From: Octopus sinensis
Taxonomy: Eukaryota
Length of the DNA: 64,000 nt
Direction: 5' to 3'
Assembly (NCBI RefSeq): GCF_006345805.1
Contig: NC_042997.1
Coordinates: 67,022,001 to 67,086,000, forward strand
Each line of letters begins with the position of its first letter. Positions within the stretch are counted from its first letter, which is position 1. Positions 12,407 to 22,811 of the stretch are shown piece after piece. The notes beneath the pieces were generated by a model. That model saw nothing but the letters and a program-made list of their open reading frames with translations, had not been told where the DNA came from and made no database searches. A program made the position numbers and the translations under genes.

Positions 12407-12440
<34 letters not shown>

Positions 12441-12505
12441 TGTATGTATGTATGTATGTATGTATGTATGTACGTATGTGTTATCTATCTATCTATCTAT
12501 CTATC

Positions 12506-12572
<67 letters not shown>

Positions 12573-12694
12573 TATATATATACTATATACACACATATAT
12601 GTATACACACACACAAACATAATACATATATATATATACATTCATGATACATATAAGCATAAAAGCCATGCATGTACGTATGGGTATATATATA

Positions 12695-12910
12695 TCTATA
12701 TAAAACTGAAATGCGTTTTTACCGCTTGGCTCGCTTTCAATGCCACTACGTCCCGTCCGATTCGCTCCAAAATTTACAGGGACATGTAGAATGAGGTGAC
12801 GATGCCCGTGGGCTACCTTAGAAATCCCTATCTTAAAAGGTGTGGTTGCTAGGGGCCATCTTCCTCACTCACGCTATTTTCTCCATTCCCCCTAACTCCC
12901 CTTCATTTAT
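12695..12910 (+). mobile_element. Helitron-like 5' end fragment
   Basis: Starts TCTATATAAAA and contains ccgattcgctccaaaattt, resembling invertebrate non-autonomous Helitron 5' ends; a 57-bp part recurs at 13295-13352. No 3' hairpin-CTRR end located. Confidence 0.35.
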
Positions 12911-13073
12911 AACTTTGACAAGTCCACTCCCGTTATTTAATGTAAAGTTCGTCAGACGGTGTTCTTTGATGTATCTATCTGCATTCATAGGGAGAATTAT
13001 CATCGCCACACGCCACCACCAACACACAATCATGAGAACAAATATTATGAATCAGATATTCATTGCGTTCATT

Positions 13074-13104
<31 letters not shown>

Positions 13105-13485
13105 TCGATATATAAATATGTATATATAATGAATATATACAAAGTGTCTATATCTGTATTTATGTATATTAAACTTTTTAATACTTTTTGATAGTATATT
13201 ATTTTAAAACCAAATTATAAATATAATTTAATAATTTTTTTTTAAATTAAATAATTTAAATTTTCAATTTCTATATTTTCTATATTATATTTTTAAAATT
13301 TACAGGGACATGTAAAATGAGGGTGACGATGCCCGTGGGCAACCTTAGAAATATACATGTGTATACATTACACATGTATATATATATGTATACACATGTA
13401 TAATACACATGTATATATACACATGTATAAATTATATATGTATACACATGTATATATACATATGTATATATATATATTTATATAT

Positions 13486-13554
<69 letters not shown>

Positions 13555-13927
13555 GACACATCTTTAATTAAATATTGACCGCCTTAAAACGGATTTCAAC
13601 AGACAAATATTACTATAATGGGGAATTAAATGCATTTATGTATAAACTTTTAAACTGAACTTCCAGCGTGGTGGTACGTAAATAAACGGCCGTAAATTAA
13701 CGAAGGTATAAACCTGACGTAAATACACGAAATTGACGTACTTTCACTTCTGACAGCTAACAGCATGACAGTCTGTGTCAACAGTTCGTTTCCTCGGAGG
13801 ATATGGAAATTCCTATTACCCGTCAGAGAATAACTACAGCAGCTCACAACTATTTCAAACAAAGACAAGGTACCTGCTTACCAGTCGATTAATCAGCGTC
13901 AACGCTCACGTATGAGAGAGAGACTCC

Positions 13928-13967
<40 letters not shown>

Positions 13968-14400
13968 ACACCACACACACACACACATTATATATATACA
14001 CACACACATATATATATATATATAATATATATATATATAATGTGTGAATTGTGGTCGGTCGGTTCAGCTGAGAATATGCACACCTATGTTAAAAGTGCTG
14101 GCAAGTTTGCATGACAACTATTTTTTTTTTTCCTCAAATTGAAACGCGGTTACTTCTCGGACAAAATTCCTCATCTATAAAATGTGGCCCAGTAGACCCG
14201 AATGAAATCGGGCTATGGCTATATTAACCAAAATGTGAAAAGGGTCTAAATGGGGCTGGAAGGGGATTAAAATTTTAATGAGCGAGTGTTTATCTATCTA
14301 TCTAACTATCTATCTGTCTATCTCTCTGTCTGTCTGTATGTCTGTCTGTATGTCTGTCTGTATGTCTGTATGTATGTCTGTCTGTCTGTCTCTATCTATC

Positions 14401-14453
<53 letters not shown>

Positions 14454-14670
14454 GTTTATACATGCACACACTTATAAACCTATACATATACCAATTTACG
14501 CATTTGCGCTCGCAAATACACACACATACCTGCGTGCATACAAATACATGCATGTGTAACTACACAAACATAATTACAGACGATATATAATGAAATGGGG
14601 TTTCCAGTTGATGCCGGCGGAGAGAATATAGGAGTTCGTACCTCTGAAAGAGTAATCCCTTGGTAGCATG

Positions 14671-15568
14671 CAAGGTCTGATCAATAAGTATCAGGACTGT
14701 TGCCATAGTAACGAAGCTAAAGCACGCAGAGTGAAGCCGCTTGGCACTGATTGACCTTGATCTCTGCTGCGCATGCGCACTACATCTTAACGTTCTAGCT
14801 CACTTCCGCTGTTTACAACAGTGCCTGGAAGAAAGGTGTGTAGCGTATGATCGTCGCATTAACCATGACAGAGGAAGTTGTCATGGCGATACCTGCTCAA
14901 AGGCCTACGCAAAGTAACTGCAGAAAGTGGATGTAGAGCTGTGTATGAGCCGCACACAGTGTACAAGTGGTTCAGATGTTTCCAAGATGACCGAAAAAAT
15001 GTCGATATTGATGAACGTTCAGGGAGACCTGTAACCAGTAGAACTGAGAAAAACATTGTAGATGTGCGTGTAGTTGTGAGGTGAAATCGTCGAATCACCA
15101 TCCGTGAGTTATCAGAGGATGTGCAGATTAGTTACAGTTCAGTTCAGTCCATTAACACTGAAGATTTGACTATAAGACGCATGTCTGCAAAGTTTGAGCC
15201 AAAACTGCTCTCAGCTGACCAAAAAGACAATCGAGTTTCAGTTGCACTAGATTTCCTTGATTGTGTCGAGAACGATGAAAACTTTTTGAAAACATTGTGT
15301 CGGCCACTGAGCAGGTATCGCCAAGCTTTCGGCAAAATTTGATGCAGATTCTCTGCTCAACTTTCTCTGTCATTGTCAATGCGACGATCACACGCTAAAC
15401 ACCTTCCTTCCAAGCGCTGCTGTAAACAGCGGAAGTGAGGTAGAACGTTAAAACTAAGTATACATGCACCGCAGAGTTCAAGGTCAGTCTGAGCCCAACA
15501 GCTTTATTCTGCGTGCTTAAGCTTCGTTACTACAGCAACAGTCCAGATACTTATTGATCGGACCACTT
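14671..15568. mobile_element. Mariner (Tc1/mariner) derivative made of two inverted 5' ends
   Basis: ggtctgatcaataagtatc...ggactgttgc matches gcaacagtccagatacttattgatcggacc. The left arm encodes the transposase N-terminus (TVYKWFRCFQDDRKNVDIDERSGRPVTSRT...RITIREL...RRMSAKFEPKLLSADQK); the right arm (-) encodes MTEKVEQRICIKFCRKLGDTCS. No DD34D domain. Confidence 0.85.
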
Positions 15569-15787
15569 ATGTAATCATCTCTTCACATGCTGTACAAAGG
15601 AATGTTTCAATATCATGTAAAAAACATATAAATAAACGTGATAATTTGGGTGCATAAAATAACTGGGACTTAATGGCGTACAGATATGGTGTAAACACAG
15701 GTGCTTATTGTACAAAGCAACATACGACGAGAACGTGGTGGATATGAAAAAGCATGAAATATAATAGCGGTTAAATATAAAAATACC

Positions 15788-15885
<98 letters not shown>

Positions 15886-16257
15886 ATGTCTAACTACCTA
15901 TCTTTTATATGCACACAATTATGCACATATACATATGCCTATTTATTTTCAAGACAATACATGACGAGAACAACTGGGTGTATTTTAAAAAAGAACATGA
16001 ATTACAACAGGGTTATATTTAAAGACTGATAAGAAACAGACGTTATATATAAAAAGAATTACGCAGTGTAAAGTTTACAGTACATGCAAGAGAAGCAAGC
16101 GTGTAAAGGGTATGAATTCGGGGTGATTGATAGGATTAAAGCAGAGGACTGAAAGTAAAGAAATGGAAATGTGTGAGTTTAGCGAAGAGCAAAATATAAA
16201 CCAAGCAAGGAGAAATCTCTATCTGAGTCTTCTTATTTGGAATATATATATCTATAT

Positions 16258-16555
16258 ATGGTGGAGGTGCAATGGTCCAGTGGTTAGGACAGTGGTCATA
16301 GGATCGCGGTTTCGATTCCCAGACCGGGCGTTGTGAGTGTTCATTGAGCGAAAACACGAGGCTCCGGCAGGGAGTGGTGGCGATCCCTGCCGTACTCTTT
16401 CGCCACAACTTTCTCTCACTCTTTCTTCTGTTGACCTGCTCGCTTAGCCATCGGGGTGGCGTCATTTGAAGGCCAAAACAATGCGAAGCGCATTGTGACT
16501 AGCGATGCATAGCAACATCTGATAGCCTGGTCCGTCACGGTGATCACGGTGATAT
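16258..16555 (+). mobile_element. tRNA-derived SINE, separate family
   Basis: ggaggtgcaatggtccagtggttagg (A box) and cgcggtttcgattccc (B box), followed by a unique body ending gtcacggtgat(ata)n. Confidence 0.7.
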
Positions 16556-16564
16556 ATATATCTT

Positions 16565-16755
16565 TTATCTTTTACTTCTTTCATTCATTTGACTGCGGCT
16601 ATGCTGGAGCACTGACTGGAAGAATTTTAAGAAGAATTTTAAAGCTTGGTACTTGTTATATCGGACTTTCTTGCCGAACTGCTAGGTTGCGGGAATACAA
16701 GCACACCAACACCAGCTGTCAAGCGGGGGTGAGGGACAAACACTGACCCAAACAC
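16565..16755 (-). mobile_element. CORE-like SINE, 3' half
   Basis: cattcatttgactgcggctatgctggagcac...gccgaactgctagg matches the family at 37724-38116. Confidence 0.7.
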
Positions 16756-16756
16756 A

Positions 16757-19700
16757 TTAGCGATTCGCTAAATAATCCATAGATTTTTTGCCGGTCAGTA
16801 TAAGGAATTTTCGATCAGAGTTTTCGGGCGATTACTCTCCAAGCAGTCCTTCTAGCGGGAGCGGGGTGTTAGTCCTGTTAAAAAGTAACCGGGTTTCTGA
16901 GAAAAAGTTAATTTTTTCAGATCCAGAAGGTAGGCTGGTCGTCATGGACTTGACGTTGAGCCGTGGTAAAGTTATCAGACTGGTTGTATTTTATGCACCC
17001 ACGCTAACTGGGCAAAGCGAGTATTTTCGGAATCTGGAGAAGTTTCTTGGCGCATCATATTCTTTAGTTGTGCTAGGAGACTATAACACAATCTGCGAGG
17101 CACGCGTAGATTATGTTGGCTCATGTACAGGTAGAAAATGTAATCATTGCTTCCTGGAACTGCTAAGCCGCTTTGAGCTAGCAGATCCTTATAGGTTGGA
17201 ATTTCCGAACGCTCCATTCTGGACATGGTCAAATAGCGACGGATCTTCCAGGTCATACCTAGATAGAGTGTTAATTAAAAAAGCAGATAGAAAGATAGCT
17301 AGGTGTCCACAGTTTCACCCGGTCAGCTACAGTGATCATGAAATGGTCACCTGTAAGCTTGACATAGATAAGATATATAATAGAGACTCCGGCTACTGAA
17401 AACTTAATACGTCCCTTTTGGTGATTAAGGAGTACAGAGACCTGATTAAGATGTTGATTCAGATGGCATTCATTGGTTCCATTATTAATAATAAATGGAG
17501 GTATGGCCTCAAGCATACCTCCATTGAGGAGGTAATTGAGGCTATCGCAGACTACGACGCGTGTAGGGCACCGGGACTGGATAGTCTACCCTATGAGTTG
17601 CATAAGAGTATGCCAGACTTGTTCGGGAACCCTCTGGCGAATGTCTACGCGAACTGGCAGCAGAACGGGTTTATTCCCAGATCTGTGCGCCGGGGAGTGG
17701 TGACGTTTAGGACCTGGACAAGGGGGATTCCGTTGATAATTTTCGGCCCATCACTCTGCTAAACGCAGAGTTGAAGATTTTGGCCAGAGTGTTATCGAAA
17801 AGATTGGCGCGTGTCGCGAATAGTCTGATCGGGGAGGCACAGACATGTGCCGTTCCCGGCAGAACCATCCAGGATAATCTCCATCTTATGCGGTACACTT
17901 TAGAGGGGTTTAATAGTGATTCTGGCAAGGGTGGAGCACTGGTCCATTTAGACCAATCTAAGGCATTTGATAGGGTTGACCATCGCTACCTGGTGTCCAT
18001 TCTGGCACAGTTCGGCCTGGGTCTTGGCTTCCTCAGGTGGATCATTCAGATTTATGACAACATCGATTCGGTAGTTCGGGTGAACGGCTTCTTATCGAGG
18101 TCGTTCAACATCAAGCGCTCGGTTCGTCAAGAGTGTCCGCTCTCCCCGCTTTTGTACGTGATAGCTCTTGAGCCATTACTGCGAAAATTGAGCGGCATCC
18201 CGAGACAGCTAGGTTGTGGAAAGTCGGTTTCAGCTTACGCGGATGACATCACCATCATCGTAACCGAAATGGATCACCTACAGAGAGTAGGCAAGGCCAT
18301 TCAGGTTTACGAGACGGTGGCAGGAGCAAAAGTTAATCATGAAAAGTCAGTCGGCTTGCAACTCGGCACCTGGAGAAGCAAGTCGATGCCTCCTGACAGC
18401 GTCGTGGGACGTTGGACGGAGGGTCCGATTAAGTTGCTAGGAGTTTGGTTTGGACCAGACCTCCAAATAGAGAAGAACTGGGCCGAGGTATCGAGCAGGG
18501 TGACCCCCATAGTCAAGGCCTGGTCTTGGCGGTGGTTATCCCTGAAAGGGAGGGCAGAGGTAGCCAATGTGTTCATCGCATCAGTCATCACCTACCGCCT
18601 AACCGTCGTTCCTTGCCCTGATTCATGGTTGAACAAGCTAGAAAGACAGCTCTTCCACTTTTTGTGGAAGGGCTCGAAACCGCTTGTGAAACGCTCTATT
18701 TGCTGCCAACAACCGTTAATGGGTGGGCCAGGGATGCCTTGGCTGTTGATGCGCAGACATGCGCTGAGGTTGAGGCATCTGTGGCGCTACCTGGATGGTA
18801 AACGGGTGTGGTCTCCGCTGGCGAAACGGATGTTTCCCAAGTTCGCTAGTTTCGATGGACGGGAATCCTGGTTCTATCGAAGATCGAAGTTGGGTACATG
18901 GTTTAGGGGAGTGTCGCAAGGCTCTCCTGCTATTCCGTCGCTCGGGCAATGCCTGCGGAAAACCTTAGGGGAAACCATAGGTCTCGACGATAATCAACTG
19001 GCCAGTCTGTTCCAACGTACATACGGTCCGGAGACCCTGGACAACTTTCAGAAGTCTCTGGCATGGCAGTGTTACAGAGGAGCCTTACCTGTTCGGGACA
19101 AGCTCACAAGGCATGATGGTTGTGGCCTTTCGACCTTTCCAAGATGCGGGCGGGATAGGGAAACCATCCCGCATGCTATTGTTCAATGTTCGGTTTCAGA
19201 TGTGTGGGTTTATGCTGAACAACTGTTGTTAAGTGCAGGAAGAGTACAGCTACCGACTGAGTCTCTAGTAAAAATTGACCAGCCTGATTTCCTTTCGAAA
19301 GAAGGTAAGAATTGTTTTCTCATTGCAGTAACAATTGCGATAGAGGTAATTTGGAGAACGAGGCTGAAAGGGTTAAAGTCAGGCACTTTCATCTCTGGCC
19401 CTGAATTGGTGAATTACTTCACCTTTCACCTTAAAAAGAAAATAGGGCTAGAGAGAAAATGCCTGACTGTGAAAAAATTTGAAAATTGATGGAAGAATGT
19501 AGCACGGATATTGCGAGTGGATGGATCCTCATCAATGCGACACAGGATATACCTTAGGTATCAGTGGCGAGGCGGGGCTCGTGGGGTCCGAATTAAACCC
19601 GTCCCACTCCATCCATAATGTCTTCCGGTCTGTCCTACCATTCGATTTTATTATATTTTCTTATTTTTGTAAAATTTTAAATGTCATTTTTTGTATAATC

Positions 19701-19775
19701 ATTCGCTCATCTGACTCCAAAATCAGATTGTATTGTCCCCTCTTCCTTAGCCCCTTGTGGGTAATAAAAAATCAA
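16757..19775 (+). mobile_element. Tx1/L1-clade LINE, copy 1 (5'-truncated, linker deletion, 3' end intact)
   Basis: APE motifs (DPEGRLVVMD, FYAPT, VLGDYN, SYLDRVLI, SDH) at 16788-17399; RT motifs (APGLDSLPYE, LDQSKAFDRVDH, VRQECPLSPLLY, AYADD); C-terminal ETIPHAIVQC; 3' hairpin plus AATAAA at about 19748-19772. Confidence 0.92.
17771..19489 (+). CDS. Uninterrupted 572-aa portion of Tx1/L1 ORF2 (RT core and C-terminal zinc-binding region); part of a disrupted ORF
   Basis: ORF track; RT motifs as above; a premature stop at 17397-17399 and a frameshift near 17710 lie upstream. Confidence 0.8.
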   Translation: MKILARVLSKRLARVANSLIGEAQTCAVPGRTIQDNLHLMRYTLEGFNSDSGKGGALVHLDQSKAFDRVDHRYLVSILAQFGLGLGFLRWIIQIYDNIDSVVRVNGFLSRSFNIKRSVRQECPLSPLLYVIALEPLLRKLSGIPRQLGCGKSVSAYADDITIIVTEMDHLQRVGKAIQVYETVAGAKVNHEKSVGLQLGTWRSKSMPPDSVVGRWTEGPIKLLGVWFGPDLQIEKNWAEVSSRVTPIVKAWSWRWLSLKGRAEVANVFIASVITYRLTVVPCPDSWLNKLERQLFHFLWKGSKPLVKRSICCQQPLMGGPGMPWLLMRRHALRLRHLWRYLDGKRVWSPLAKRMFPKFASFDGRESWFYRRSKLGTWFRGVSQGSPAIPSLGQCLRKTLGETIGLDDNQLASLFQRTYGPETLDNFQKSLAWQCYRGALPVRDKLTRHDGCGLSTFPRCGRDRETIPHAIVQCSVSDVWVYAEQLLLSAGRVQLPTESLVKIDQPDFLSKEGKNCFLIAVTIAIEVIWRTRLKGLKSGTFISGPELVNYFTFHLKKKIGLERKCLTVKKFEN

Positions 19776-20203
19776 TTTTATAACTTCACATATAATTTAA
19801 AATATAATTTTTGATTTTGTATTATGAATTATATTTGGATTACCGGATAATATAATGAATTTTATACAAAAGTATTATGGATTGCTTCAGAGGAATTACT
19901 AAGAAGACATATGAATTTCAAGATTCTCATACTAAAGTATATACAAATTTCCCATTTCTAAACTAACTATATGAACTATATTTGGAATACAAGACAATAT
20001 AACGGATTTTACATATGAATATTATGGATTATTGCAAAAGAATAACCAAGGAAGTATATATGGATTTAAAGACTCTCATCAAAAGTAGTAATTTAAAATT
20101 TTTAAATTTATCTTTCAAACAAACACTATTTTATAGTTTTACTTCAAATTAAAAAAAAACAAACAAACTATTTTTCGATATGTTATATAGAATTCAAATT
20201 TCA

Positions 20204-20295
20204 TATCTCTGAAGAGCAGAAGAGTTGTCTATAAATGCTTATCAATATAGGATTTCATTATAGGGACAACTCATCTGTGAAACGATCGTAAAATG
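20204..20295 (+). ncRNA. Type-I hammerhead ribozyme motif with long helix II
   Basis: CUGAAGA (20209-20215); helix II GCAGA-A-GAGUUGUC / GACAACUC-A-UCUGU; GAAA (20279-20282); palindromic CGAUCG; UA cleavage site; imperfect helix I. Confidence 0.7.
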
Positions 20296-20500
20296 CTTTA
20301 AATAATTAATTCAAAACTTTTAAACTGTCATATACATTATATATTTATCCTTATACATATTTACATATATTTTTATACATATTTATATTTATTTATATAT
20401 TTTTAATACAACAATTATTTTTCACACGTGTATATCTTTCTGAGGAGTTTTGATATTGATTTTCTAATATTAATAATAATATATTATTAAAAATATATAT

Positions 20501-21097
<597 letters not shown>

Positions 21098-21149
21098 AAT
21101 ATATATACATATAAATGTATATACATATAAATATATACATATACATGTA

Positions 21150-21378
21150 CACGTATATATACACATATATACATGCATACATATGGTCATACATATATAT
21201 ACATATATACATATACATATATATATATATATATACACACATATATATACATATTTGCACATACATATATACATATATATACATTCCTCTATCTCCTTCT
21301 CTCCCCCTCTCTCTCTGACTGTGTGTGTCTGTCTTTGTGCTCACACAAATCGATCGATTGTTATATGTATACATAAGT

Positions 21379-21465
<87 letters not shown>

Positions 21466-21610
21466 TATACATATTTGTACATACATATATACACATATAT
21501 ATATATACATTCCTCTATCTCCTTCTCTCTCCCCCCTGTCTCTCTCTGACTGCGTGTGTCTGTATTTGTACTCACACAAATCGATCGATCGTTATATGTA
21601 TACATAAGCA
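21150..21610. repeat. Tandem duplication of a roughly 230-bp microsatellite-rich unit
   Basis: acattcctctatctccttctctc...cacacaaatcgatcgat..ttatatgtatacataag occurs twice. Confidence 0.75.
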
Positions 21611-22124
21611 TATATGCATGGATATATTTTATAAGACCTAAACGATAATAAAAAGAATAAATATAATGACGAGACTTTAAATCATTAATGTATTAATGAC
21701 AATAGAAATACTGATACGAATTGAAAATAAATCAAAACGAAAAGATATAAGAATTTTATGAAGAGGATATTACAGAGAAATAGTTAGTATTATCATAAAA
21801 GTTTTTATATCATGCTTTTCATATAAGTTTTCTTTTAATATAAAGCTTTTCATATACTTATATATTTTGCATTATATATGAGTGTGTGTAAATTACTGGG
21901 AGGCCATAAAAATGTATTCTGAAGAAGTATGACGACTTGTACTATAGGTTACTTTGCTAGTTTGGTTGCAAAAAAATATAAAATATATTCTCTTTCGTAT
22001 TCTTCAAAAACAGTTATCTCTTTTCTCAAGTAGAATGTTTAAGTGGCATCCTTTTTTAGCAGAATGTGCTCAGTTTTAACTTGTTCTTTCCCGATTTGAC
22101 TATTGTTCCTACAAAACATAATAG

Positions 22125-22260
<136 letters not shown>

Positions 22261-22524
22261 GCGTGTATATATGAATGCATGTATGAATATATGTGTATGT
22301 ATGTATGTATGTATGTATGTACATACGTATGTACGTATGTATATGTATTTATGTATGCATGCATATATATCTGTATGTAGTTTTAGTTTTTGTTTATCGT
22401 CTGAATAACATAATAAAACTACAAGTTATGCAAATAACATGATGCAAACTCGAACAGTGTTCGATAAATATTGTCCTCAAAAAATTTATTCGGTAAATGC
22501 AAATATAGGATTTTTTCTAGTACT

Positions 22525-22700
22525 TTTGTCTTTTAAGTTTTACCTGTTTTAGTTATTGGGCTATGACCATGCTGTGGCACCGCCTTGAAAGGTTTTAGCC
22601 GAAAAAATCTACCCCAGTACTTTTTAAAATGCTTGACACTTATTCTATCTTGTGCCGAGCCGCTTAGTTACGGGAACGTAAACAAATCAAAACAAGTTCT
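22525..22700 (-). mobile_element. CORE-like SINE, 3' fragment
   Basis: gaccatgctgtggcaccgccttgaa...gccgagccgcttagttacgggaacgtaaac. Confidence 0.65.
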
Positions 22701-22731
22701 CAACCGATTATGTAATTCTCGATTGTTCCTT

Positions 22732-22810
<79 letters not shown>

Positions 22811-22811
22811 C

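Noticed and set aside
20436-20470. ctgaggagtttt half-core
   Set aside because: No downstream GAAA or helix III.
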